Shown: piece after piece, positions 29,698 through 38,104 of the stretch
Numbering within the stretch: the stretch's first letter is position 1
Layout: each line of letters opens with the position of its first letter
Origin: Candidatus Dadabacteria bacterium
GTDB lineage: Bacteria; Desulfobacterota_D; UBA1144; Nemesobacterales; UBA2774
Assembly (NCBI GenBank): GCA_004356555.1
Contig: SMWY01000002.1
Location: 1 to 55,607, forward strand
DNA length: 55,607 nucleotides
Direction of reading: 5' to 3'
The notes under the pieces: generated by a model
The model's input: the letters and a program-made list of their open reading frames with translations, nothing else
Database searches by the model: none
What the model was told of the DNA's origin: nothing
Translations under genes and position numbers: made by a program

Positions 29698-29946
29698 ATA
29701 AACGCCACAACAGCTTTATTATTAATAACTATAAATTAAAGAAAAAGTTTCGTCAGTTGCTAAATTTTTTGCCTACTTAACCTTCTTAACCATTTTGAAG
29801 AATTAAAATGAGGATTATATATCAAGATTTACCCACTCTTTACATAATGAAGGGCATTTAAAATCAAGAAGACGTTAAATAAAGAATTGAGCATAAATAA
29901 TAAGTATCCGCTGATTATACTTAAGGATTTATAATAAGTGCCAGGG

Positions 29947-30519
29947 TTACTTTTTCTTAAGTCTTTCCAAGTATTCGCCTGTTCTGGTATCAACTTTTAT
30001 CTTATCCCCTATATCAATGAACAATGGCACCTGAATTGTAACCCCGGACTCGAGTGTCGCAGGCTTGGTACCACCCGATACAGTATTCCCTTTAACTCCG
30101 GGTTCTGTTACAGTTACTTCAAGCTCTACTGCAGTCGGGAGCTCAACTCCCATAGGTTCGTTATTAAAATAAAGTATACTTACCTCTTGTTGTTCTTTTA
30201 AAAAGTCGGCAACGTCTCCGATTTGTTCTTTTGACAGGTCGTATTGTTCATAAGTTTCTAGATCCATAAAATGAAATCCAATATCGTCTTTATATAGAAA
30301 CTGCGTATTCTTTCTATCCATGTCGGGCACTTTAAAAGCATCGCCTGATCTAAAATTTTTCTCCTGAACAGCGCCCGTAACAATGTTTTTCATCTTAGTT
30401 TTCATTACAGCGCTCCGCTGAGCCATTTTTGAGTGGCGATATTCAATAATCTCCCAAATGCCTCCTTCGTATTCTATCTTAAGACCTTTATGAAATTTGT
30501 TTGTTTCAACAACACCCAT
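29947..30519 (-). CDS. efp: Elongation factor P (non-canonical tip loop KMAQRSA)
   Basis: 190 aa. Aligns without gaps to my recollection of B. subtilis EF-P (EGGIWEIIEY.. vs [10 protein letters not shown]..). C-terminal GVKGNTVSGGTKPATLESG. Confidence 0.93.
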   Translation of the reverse strand: MGVVETNKFHKGLKIEYEGGIWEIIEYRHSKMAQRSAVMKTKMKNIVTGAVQEKNFRSGDAFKVPDMDRKNTQFLYKDDIGFHFMDLETYEQYDLSKEQIGDVADFLKEQQEVSILYFNNEPMGVELPTAVELEVTVTEPGVKGNTVSGGTKPATLESGVTIQVPLFIDIGDKIKVDTRTGEYLERLKKK

Positions 30520-30578
30520 AAATATGTACCTCCTTATTAAATTCCTAATTTATTATTCAGCACTAATTAGTGTCAATA

Positions 30579-30797
30579 TTACACCATGAGCTCTTCATCG
30601 TCATTCTTTTCTAGTGTACCATGTTCTGAAACACGATAACCCTCTTTAGCCCAGGTTCCCAGGTCGATCATTTTACATCTTTCGGAACAAAAGGGTCGAT
30701 ACTTATTGTTATCTCAAAGTACCTCTTTTTTACAATTAGGACATTTAACCTTGATAACAAGATCTTTTTCCTTTGGATAAGAGAATTTAAGCTTCAA
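30579..30797 (-). pseudogene. yacG: DNA gyrase inhibitor YacG-like zinc-finger gene with an in-frame TGA at the conserved Trp position
   Basis: Not in the track. TTG start at 30797. Translation: (M)[58 protein letters not shown]...MV. The TGA is at 30714-30716. CPxC, RPFCSxRC and IDLGxW match YacG. Confidence 0.65.
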
Positions 30798-30828
30798 TTA
30801 GCTGAAATTCAAATATCAAATTCAAACT

Positions 30829-31446
30829 CTACTTAGATGGCTTCGGTTTAGATGTTTCCTTTGTCGTCGACGCCTTCTCCTCTATTGCCGCTTTCTCAAC
30901 CAACTCACAAATAATGTGGGAAAGGGTTATATGCAGCTCCTGAATCCTGGGTGCGGATTTTGAAGGCACACTAACACAGCAATCCGAGAACTTTTCTACT
31001 TTAGATTTGTCCTGACCGGTAAAAGCTATAGTCTTAAGTCCCATTGAATGTGCAAGCTCAAGTGCCTTAATAATATTAGGGGATTTTCCACCTGTAGACA
31101 TCCCCCATGCCACGTCCCCTTTATTTCCAATCCCCTCTATTTGCCTGGCAAAAACATTCTCAAATGACGTGTCATTCGCAACTGACGTCAATATTGATGA
31201 GTCTGTTGTAAGGGCTATTGCACAAAGGGCTTTTCTTTTTTGCAAGTAGCGGTTTACAAACTCTGCCGCTATGTGCTGTGAATCAGCTGCACTTCCTCCG
31301 TTTCCAAAAATCAATATCTTGCCACCGGCTTTAAGAGACTTCTTTATAATCATAGCGGCATGTGATACTTCTGATACTGATTCTTTGGCAAATCGGAGCT
31401 TTAAATCAGCACTTTCTCTTAACTTAGAAATAATATGTTCTTTCAT
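30829..31446 (-). CDS. SIS-domain protein, phosphoheptose isomerase GmhA / DiaA family
   Basis: 205 aa. Motifs GNGGSAADSQHIAAEF, ALTTDSSILTSVANDTSFENVFARQ and RIQELHITLSHIICE. Extra Lys/Pro/Thr-rich tail. Confidence 0.8.
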   Translation of the reverse strand: MKEHIISKLRESADLKLRFAKESVSEVSHAAMIIKKSLKAGGKILIFGNGGSAADSQHIAAEFVNRYLQKRKALCAIALTTDSSILTSVANDTSFENVFARQIEGIGNKGDVAWGMSTGGKSPNIIKALELAHSMGLKTIAFTGQDKSKVEKFSDCCVSVPSKSAPRIQELHITLSHIICELVEKAAIEEKASTTKETSKPKPSK

Positions 31447-31450
31447 CAGT

Positions 31451-33280
31451 TCAGGTCCTCTTAAACATTCTCTCTATATCATAATATGAAAGTTCCTGAG
31501 CCACAGGTCTCCCATGGGGGCAGGAATGAGGGAATTCCATACGGTCAAGCTCTTCAAGCAAGGCTTTCATCTCCTCAAGATTAAGCTCAAAATTGGCTGT
31601 AATAGATGAATGACAAGCTATCGTAGCAATTACAAGGTCCATTTTCTCACTAATGCTCTCTTCTTTACCAGTGGATGCTATCTCAGAGACAACATCTTTA
31701 AGAAGCCCCGCTGAATCCACATTTTTTAGCAGTGCGGGCACAGATCGTATTAAGAAACTGTTATTCCCGAATTCCTCAACACGCAGTCCCAAAGTCTCAA
31801 ATTCTCCCTTATGCCTCTCAATTAGGCTCGATTCATAAGGTGGAAACTCAATTACCTGAGGTACGAGTAGTTCTTGAACCTCAGGCCCTTCATTGTTCAT
31901 ATATGCACTCTTTAATTTTTCGTAGTTTATCCTCTCATGTGCAGCATGTTGGTCAATCAGCACCATTCCATTTTCAGAAGCACAAACTATATATAATTCC
32001 TTAATCTGCCCAATTATACGCAAACTTGAGTAAAGCCCCTCATCTCCAAAAAGACTTTCCGGTGGAGAATCATCTTGAGCTATACGGTAATCATGCCCTG
32101 AATGCGTTGGTGGTCTGATTTCATTGCTTACTGCAACGTTATCATTCTCCATCGGCACGTGAATATCTCGCACTTCTTCAGCAAACCCTCTTTCAGGTCT
32201 AGTAACGCGGTGAATGGGTTCATAATTTGAGGGACTATTGCTCCCCTCCATATATTCGGAGATTGAATTTTTTACCCTTTGGTGGTAACTCTTTATCCAG
32301 GGAGCATCTCTAAGCATTTTAAGAACAGATGCCATAATCAAATCTGCGATGAGTCTTTGATTCCTGAACCTGACTTCGTTCTTAGTAGGATGTACATTAA
32401 CATCAACTTCCTGAGCCGGAATCTCAAGAAAGAGAGCACCTTGAGGAAATTTCCTTTTCTCAAGCATCTTCCCGTAAGCATCAATTACTATGCGCGTTAA
32501 GAACTTATCTCTTACCGCTCTTAGGTTTATATAGGTAAAGAGTTTCTGGGTCGTAGACCTTGCATCCAGAGGACTGCTCATAAAGCCTGAGACTCTAACT
32601 CCCTCCTCCTCTGCAGAAATATTGTGTAATTCAGTATTAGGATAAATTTCCGACAATCTTTCAGCGATATTATCCTTTCTTGAAAGACGCAGAAGTGTTT
32701 TACCTCCATGTAAGACCTCAAATCCTATCTCTGGTCTCGACATTGCTTCCCGCTGTACTATCTCTAGAACATTAGAAAGTTCCGTCTCAATTTTTCTCAT
32801 AAATTTTAATCTGACCGGTGTGTTATAAAAGAGGTTTCTAACTTGCACTGTGGTACCAGGGGGGCAGCCGGTCTCTTCAACTTTCATAATTTTCCCACCT
32901 TCTCCCGTTATAACAGAACCAATTATCTCCTCAGTTGTTCTGGTTGTAAGCTTGAATCTTGAGACACTTGCTATACTTGGAATTGCTTCTCCTCTAAATC
33001 CCAAGGATTTAATCGAAAATAGGTCGTTTATGTCTTTAATTTTACTAGTTGCGTGGCGTTCCAGGCAGAGAAGAGCTTCATCCCTACTCATACCCTCACC
33101 GTCATCTGAAACTTCTATGAGCTTCCTACCTCCGGATTCAAGCTCAATCCTTATGTGTTTACTTCCTGCATCAATTGAGTTTTCAACCAGCTCCTTAACC
33201 ACAGAAGCCGGCCTCTCAACTATTTCTCCAGCTGCTATCTTGGAGACAAGATTATCAGATAGAACCCTTATCTTTCCCAT
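31451..33280 (-). CDS. mutL: DNA mismatch repair protein MutL
   Basis: 609 aa. Motifs IAAGEIVERPASVVKELVENSIDAG, GFRGEA and DQHAAHERI. Confidence 0.95.
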   Translation of the reverse strand: MGKIRVLSDNLVSKIAAGEIVERPASVVKELVENSIDAGSKHIRIELESGGRKLIEVSDDGEGMSRDEALLCLERHATSKIKDINDLFSIKSLGFRGEAIPSIASVSRFKLTTRTTEEIIGSVITGEGGKIMKVEETGCPPGTTVQVRNLFYNTPVRLKFMRKIETELSNVLEIVQREAMSRPEIGFEVLHGGKTLLRLSRKDNIAERLSEIYPNTELHNISAEEEGVRVSGFMSSPLDARSTTQKLFTYINLRAVRDKFLTRIVIDAYGKMLEKRKFPQGALFLEIPAQEVDVNVHPTKNEVRFRNQRLIADLIMASVLKMLRDAPWIKSYHQRVKNSISEYMEGSNSPSNYEPIHRVTRPERGFAEEVRDIHVPMENDNVAVSNEIRPPTHSGHDYRIAQDDSPPESLFGDEGLYSSLRIIGQIKELYIVCASENGMVLIDQHAAHERINYEKLKSAYMNNEGPEVQELLVPQVIEFPPYESSLIERHKGEFETLGLRVEEFGNNSFLIRSVPALLKNVDSAGLLKDVVSEIASTGKEESISEKMDLVIATIACHSSITANFELNLEEMKALLEELDRMEFPHSCPHGRPVAQELSYYDIERMFKRT

Positions 33281-33610
33281 TTGTGAAATGCCTCTTTTAC
33301 ATAAACTAGAGAATAAGATTCAAAAACAGAAAAATACATCAATATCTACAATCTCTATGAAGTGTGACTCCGTTTATGAAAATAGCTTCCAGAGACCCAA
33401 TATTAGAAGAAATAGAACCGGAATCAATATACAGTCTATAGATAAAACAGTATAGAAAGAGAGTGTCTTATAAGCCCCTATACCATAAACATCTTCCGAA
33501 TGCTCTTTTAATATTCATCTGAATTCGCTCAGCATACTTTGATTAATTTACCTCATTGGAGACTTAAAAGCTAAATGGGTGGTTAGTTAATATCTATTAA
33601 ATTTTAATCG

Positions 33611-33673
33611 GTGTACTGCTCTTCTTTTGCCAAGCTCGGTCTAAGTTGAATATGCATCAACTAAAACAAGCGG
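33611..33673. repeat. Dispersed ~65-nt element, copy 3 (most diverged)
   Basis: GTGTACTGCTCTTCTTTTGCCAAGCTCGGTCTAAGTTGAATATGCATCAACTAAAACAAGCGG aligns with copies at 6434-6500 and 33925-33994. Confidence 0.5.
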
Positions 33674-33733
33674 ATCTATGGGCTTATCCGTATGAGAGGA
33701 AGGTGCAAATAGAGAGAGAGTGTGTGTTATTGC

Positions 33734-33889
33734 CTAAATCTCAACAACTTTGACAGCAGCGCTAACTCTTTTCCATTTCCTGTTCCCGGCATACTTCAGG
33801 TAATTTCTTCCCGCTGGAGCTCTTGAACTTCTAACCTTTCTCCATTTCCTATTGCCCAGGTATGTGAGAAAAACTTTTTTTGCTGCCAT
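33734..33889 (-). CDS. Tiny, very basic ORF (51 aa) with an internal tandem repeat, hypothetical
   Basis: Not in the track. MAAKKVFLTYLGNRKWRKVRSSRAPAGRNYLKYAGNRKWKRVSAAVKVVEI. The Y-(L/A)-G-N-R-K-W motif occurs twice and is visible as a DNA direct repeat. The SD is weak. Confidence 0.3.
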   Translation of the reverse strand: MAAKKVFLTYLGNRKWRKVRSSRAPAGRNYLKYAGNRKWKRVSAAVKVVEI

Positions 33890-33924
33890 TGTTCACATCT
33901 CTTTACAAAGTATATACCATTCTC

Positions 33925-33994
33925 GTGTACTATGCACCCCTTTTGTCGGGTTTGGATTAAGTTGGATTTTTAAAGAGTGTAGTCTTTCCTTGTG
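33925..33994. repeat. Dispersed ~65-nt element, copy 2
   Basis: GTGTACTATGCACCCCTTTTGTCGGGTTTGGATTAAGTTGGATTTTTAAAGAGTGTAGTCTTTCCTTGTG. It lies inside a 75-codon stop-free minus-strand frame (33896-34120) that has no ATG/GTG/TTG start. Confidence 0.6.
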
Positions 33995-34268
33995 ATTTTT
34001 GTAATATTCTTCATCTACTTCCCTTACTCTTCCAGGTCTTTCTTTTATTATTGTCCGAACGTCTGTAGTAATACTTAGCAGAATATGTCGCCCATTTCTT
34101 TTTCTCTTAGGGCTATTTAACTATAGATATTGAATATTCCAGTTTTTGTAAACATTTATCAAGTCGCTCTTAAATTCTTGTTAAAATCTATTATATTAAG
34201 GAGGTACAATTTCAACTTTAATTATGTATAATCTTATCTTATTCTCGTTACCACATTAAGGAGCTAAA

Positions 34269-35747
34269 ATGCATTTTATAACCGAGCAAACCTCTAAACT
34301 GAAAAACCTAAACATAAACATTTTAATGCTTATTGTTTTTTCGTTCTTCTTGATAAACACCTTTTCACCTAATGCACAAGCCGCGAAGAGCGAGAGAGAA
34401 TCTGTTAAAAGGGTAATAGTGGTAAAAGATTATAAATGGGGATCCGGCGGTATGGGAAGACCGGCAATTCTAGCTGAGATCACGCTTGAAAATAGAGGAA
34501 ACTATGACTATAAGGACATCGCAATTGAAGTTGATTTATATACTAAGAACGATATTCCTTTGGGTTCTCTAAGATCAACCATACATGAGATATTACCAAG
34601 CAAGAGTGAAAAAACATTTTATAACTTAAAGTTTGGAATCATGCACTCCGAGCTTCAAAACACAGTTGCACGAGTAGTTGGTGCAGAGCTGATCGAGAAG
34701 GGCACACCTACACAAGCAAAAGACCTCATTTTGGTTAAAAACTGGGAGTGGAGCGGCGGACAGTACGGAACTGAGGGAATACTAAAAGAAATTACTCTAG
34801 ATAATAGAAGTAGTGAAGCCTGGAAGGATATAAAAATAAGGGTCGATTTTCTTGGTACTAAAGGAGGGAAATTGGGTGTGAAGGGATTCACAAGTAGAGT
34901 TGTAATACATGATATAATCCCGCCAAGAAGTGAAAGGACCTATAAAGATATTAACGTAGGATTTAGACACCCCGATGCCAGGAGTGTGAGTATTAGTGTT
35001 ATGAGCGCAAAGCCTATATCAGATAAAGAATTTAAAATCAAAATGGCCAAAAAAGAAGGTAAAAAAGCTAAGAAAAAGAAAAAAAAGAAGAAATCATCTG
35101 CTGATGGTGACGGAGAATCTACAGATACCGACTCCGGATATGCCCCTAGTGGAAGAAAACTTTCCCTTTCAGAGAAATACAAGAAACAACTACAAGAAGA
35201 ACAAGGTATCACAGCCTCGCCGTCTGACGCCGGCTCAACCGGTAGCGAATCAGCTTCTGAAGACCAGGTCGCTTTGTCCGGTGAACCCGCTGAAAAACCA
35301 CAATCTGTCAAGGAAGTTATCACCGCCCCTAAAGGTGAAGATATATCTTCAAGTACAACTACAGCAGAGGTTGATGAAGCGGACGGATCAGAAGATGAAG
35401 AAGAATACGAGTATGAATATGAAGAGGAATTCCCACTGCCTTCAGAGGATATCGTTGTAGAAGATTTCGTTTGGGCCGGCGGAGGGGTTCCACAAACTAT
35501 GGGAAGAATAAGCGAAATAACCCTAAGAAACATTAGTGGTATCGATTACACTAATATTGAACTTAGAATCGATTTTTTCTCTCTTAAAGAAGAAACACCT
35601 ATGTTTTCAAACAGAGCGACAATTTCAGATGTTCTGCCAGCAAACAGCAAAAAAACGTTCAAGAACGTAAAAGCGGGTTTCCTAAACGCCATTCCGCAGG
35701 AAATTCGAATAAAAGTGCTTAATGCAATCCCGTTTAGTCAGCATTAA
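34269..35747 (+). CDS. Secreted protein with three copies of an unassigned ~85-aa domain and a Lys-run/acidic linker
   Basis: 492 aa. AAGGAG SD 5 nt upstream. Signal peptide ending NAQA. Repeats at about aa 49-138, 153-247 and 392-487 share V-x-[DN]-[YWF]-x-W-x-GG ... EITL-x-N ... [IL]-x-[VI]-D-[LF] ... [IV]-[LP]-P-x-S-x-[KR]-T-[FY]. Linker contains KKAKKKKKKKKSS and EEEYEYEYEEE. Confidence 0.7.
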   Translation: MHFITEQTSKLKNLNINILMLIVFSFFLINTFSPNAQAAKSERESVKRVIVVKDYKWGSGGMGRPAILAEITLENRGNYDYKDIAIEVDLYTKNDIPLGSLRSTIHEILPSKSEKTFYNLKFGIMHSELQNTVARVVGAELIEKGTPTQAKDLILVKNWEWSGGQYGTEGILKEITLDNRSSEAWKDIKIRVDFLGTKGGKLGVKGFTSRVVIHDIIPPRSERTYKDINVGFRHPDARSVSISVMSAKPISDKEFKIKMAKKEGKKAKKKKKKKKSSADGDGESTDTDSGYAPSGRKLSLSEKYKKQLQEEQGITASPSDAGSTGSESASEDQVALSGEPAEKPQSVKEVITAPKGEDISSSTTTAEVDEADGSEDEEEYEYEYEEEFPLPSEDIVVEDFVWAGGGVPQTMGRISEITLRNISGIDYTNIELRIDFFSLKEETPMFSNRATISDVLPANSKKTFKNVKAGFLNAIPQEIRIKVLNAIPFSQH

Positions 35748-35829
35748 TTTTTGATGCGCTACTTATTTAGCTAACTCAAATAATATAGAGCAATATTGAA
35801 TATATGATCAGTTCAAATGTAGAATAGAA

Positions 35830-36885
35830 TTAAAAAAGATCCAACTGCGTTCCGCCTGGTCTTTTAAAGTGCTCAGTCGAGAGCTCAATTACATTCCCCT
35901 GGATTCCGGCTTTTCTCTTTGCGACTTCAAACATATTACTAACCTGCTCTGCGTATACGCCCTTTCCTTTCATTCGTTCATGGAACTCTTTACTATTTAA
36001 TTTTCCGTCCCGAATTGACTTGATTCGGTTAAGCACTTTGTCCTTTCTATTGGGGAAGTGCCTCTCGAGCCATTTTGAGAAAAGATCAGAAACACCGTAA
36101 GGGAGTCTAAGCATTATGTAACCTGCTCCATTAGCGCCGGCATTTGCCGCACTTTGAATAATGCCGGAGACCTCATGATCCGTGAGCCCCGGAATCACGG
36201 GAGCAACCATCACAATTACGGGGATGCCTGCATTTGATAGTTCTTCAATTGCTTTTAATCTGAGAGACGGCTCGGAAGTTCTAGGCTCCATAAGCCTTTT
36301 GATTTTGGGATCTAGTGTAGTTATCGATACCGCAACTAACGCCCCATTCCAGGCTGCAAACTCCTTTAAAATATCGATATCCCTTGTTACAAGATAGTTT
36401 TTAGTAACAATACATACCGGGTTTTTAAACTCCTCCAAGACCTCAAGGCAAGAACGTGTTAGTTTAAATCGGCGTTCAGCAGGCTGGTAGCAATCGGTAA
36501 TACCGCTCATTGCAATAGTCTCCGGCTTATATTTACGAGATGAAAGTTCCTTTCTGAGCAGTATGGGAGCTTCTTCTTTAACAAATATTTTTGTCTCGAA
36601 GTCAAGTCCCAAGGAAAATCCCAAAAACTCATGAGTAGGCCTTGCGTAGCAATAAATACAGCCATGCTCACAACCGCGGTAAGGATTAATGCCAGCGTTA
36701 AAACCAACATCCGGGCTGTCATTGTAAGTAATTATGGACTTTGTGGTGTCTTTATAAAAGACGGTCTTTGGAGATATGCCTTCTGAAATTTCTTCCTCAG
36801 AAGGTTCAAAATCTATCTTCTCGAAACGGTTTGCCGGGTTTTCTGCAGAACCCCTCCCCTTAAAGCCTGCTGCGGTTCTATCCAT
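35830..36885 (-). CDS. PA0069-family radical SAM protein (SplB-like)
   Basis: 351 aa. Motifs GRGSAENPANRFE, NPYRGCEHGCIYCYARPTHE, TDCYQPAE and IPGLTDHE. Confidence 0.85.
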   Translation of the reverse strand: MDRTAAGFKGRGSAENPANRFEKIDFEPSEEEISEGISPKTVFYKDTTKSIITYNDSPDVGFNAGINPYRGCEHGCIYCYARPTHEFLGFSLGLDFETKIFVKEEAPILLRKELSSRKYKPETIAMSGITDCYQPAERRFKLTRSCLEVLEEFKNPVCIVTKNYLVTRDIDILKEFAAWNGALVAVSITTLDPKIKRLMEPRTSEPSLRLKAIEELSNAGIPVIVMVAPVIPGLTDHEVSGIIQSAANAGANGAGYIMLRLPYGVSDLFSKWLERHFPNRKDKVLNRIKSIRDGKLNSKEFHERMKGKGVYAEQVSNMFEVAKRKAGIQGNVIELSTEHFKRPGGTQLDLF

Positions 36886-37048
36886 ATTTTTTCATTACCT
36901 CGAAACATAAATTTTTCAGTACATTCCACTAATACAAATTATAAAACACAGGAATGGAAAATCACAGATGTCTTTTTTAGATTAAAAATATAATAAGGTG
37001 TTCCTAATAAGAAGGGGAAATAATGAAATGAACCGATATAAAACAAGA

Positions 37049-38104
37049 TTAAACGAAGGTCTTAAGTTCTTTTACTAACTCATCCACGATTTGGTCTTCT
37101 TTAAAAGATCTGACCAATTTGCCGTCTTTATAAAGCATCCCCTTTCCTTTACCACCTGCAATCCCAATATCAGCCTCTGAGGCTTCACCGGGACCATTAA
37201 CTACGCAGCCCAGAATAGCAACTTTTATAGGTCTTGGAAGATTTATATCGGCGATTCTGTCCTCGACGTCTTTAACTAGTTTCATAAGGTCTATTTCAAG
37301 CCTACCGCAACCAGGACAAGAGATCAGTTCTATCCCGTTTCTCCTTAGCCCTAAGGACCTGAGGATATTAAATCCAACTATTACCTCATCCACTGGATCG
37401 CCCGTTAGGGAAACCCTTATAGTATCCCCTATACCATCGGCTAGGAGTGTTCCTATACCTATTGAGGATTTAATGGTACCCATTTCATATGTGCCAGCTT
37501 CGGTAACACCTAGGTGAAGAGGATATTCACATCTCTCAGCTAATATACGGTATGAAGCTATCATCTTTTTAACATCAGTAGACTTAACAGAAATTTTTAT
37601 ATCTCTAAAATCCAGATCTTCCAAAATCTCAACATGTCTAAAAGCGCTTTCGGCAAGTGCTTCTGCTGTAGGAGAGCCGTGCTTTTTTAATATATCTTTT
37701 TCAAGCGAGCCTGAATTAACACCTATCCTAATCGGGATTCCTCTTTCCCTAACAGCATCAACTACCGCTTTTATACGGTACTTAGACCCGATGTTGCCGG
37801 GATTAATTCTCATACCGTCCACTCCTTGCTTAACCGCTTCGAGCGCAAGTTTGTAGTCAAAATGAATGTCGGATATAATGGGAATATTAGTTTGTTTTTT
37901 TATTTCACCCAGAGACTTGGCCGCATCCATATCCGGGACCGCAAGACGCACTATATCACATCCCGCCTTCTCTAAACTCTTTATTTGAGCAACTGTTCCG
38001 GGGATATCCCTAGTATCGGTTTTTGTCATTGATTGAACCGTAATTGGGGCGCCTCCGCCAATTTTTATACCCCCAAGCTCAATCTGTCTGGTATTTCTTT
38101 CCAT
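37049..38104 (-). CDS. ispG: 4-hydroxy-3-methylbut-2-en-1-yl diphosphate synthase (flavodoxin)
   Basis: 351 aa. Motifs VQSMTKTDT, RINPGNIG, SCPGCGR and GCVVNGPGE. Confidence 0.95.
   Translation of the reverse strand: MERNTRQIELGGIKIGGGAPITVQSMTKTDTRDIPGTVAQIKSLEKAGCDIVRLAVPDMDAAKSLGEIKKQTNIPIISDIHFDYKLALEAVKQGVDGMRINPGNIGSKYRIKAVVDAVRERGIPIRIGVNSGSLEKDILKKHGSPTAEALAESAFRHVEILEDLDFRDIKISVKSTDVKKMIASYRILAERCEYPLHLGVTEAGTYEMGTIKSSIGIGTLLADGIGDTIRVSLTGDPVDEVIVGFNILRSLGLRRNGIELISCPGCGRLEIDLMKLVKDVEDRIADINLPRPIKVAILGCVVNGPGEASEADIGIAGGKGKGMLYKDGKLVRSFKEDQIVDELVKELKTFV

Noticed and set aside
29698-29830. Autoregulated ECF promoter upstream of the sigma factor gene
   Set aside because: Only a weak GAAAC ... 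AGTTA pair is present, with no clear GGAAC-N16-CGTC-type motif, so it is not supportable by eye.
30714-30716. Global TGA reassignment (TGA = Trp or Gly, codes 4/25) as the explanation for the in-frame TGAs in yacG and at 7534-7536
   Set aside because: TGA ends rbfA (22652), nrnA (21685) and the TlpA-like gene (2910-2912) at normal family lengths, with typical ATGA-type start/stop overlaps. Reading through the rbfA TGA would add a long tail containing further TGAs. Any recoding would have to be site-specific.
32850-33455. 201-aa plus-strand ORF across the mutL start
   Set aside because: It is antisense to the strongly conserved MutL N-terminus. It has no SD and low-complexity Ser/Leu content.
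33628-33650. Sigma-54 promoter reading of the repeat core (minus strand TTGGCAAAAGAAGAGCA in copy 3 has GG and GC at the -24/-12 spacing)
   Set aside because: The other two copies have GA in place of GG, or lack the GC (TTGACAAAAGGGGTGAA, CCGACAAAAGGGGTGCA). The match is therefore not a conserved property of the element.
33896-34120. 75-codon stop-free minus-strand frame (LNSPKRKRNGRH...QLNPNPTKGVHSTREWYILCKEM) as a gene
   Set aside because: It contains no ATG/GTG/TTG start before its last codon, so I treat it as a remnant rather than a CDS.
34940-35533. 197-aa minus-strand ORF, together with 35104-35460 (+)
   Set aside because: These are shadows of the low-complexity Lys/Ser/Glu linker of the 492-aa gene.
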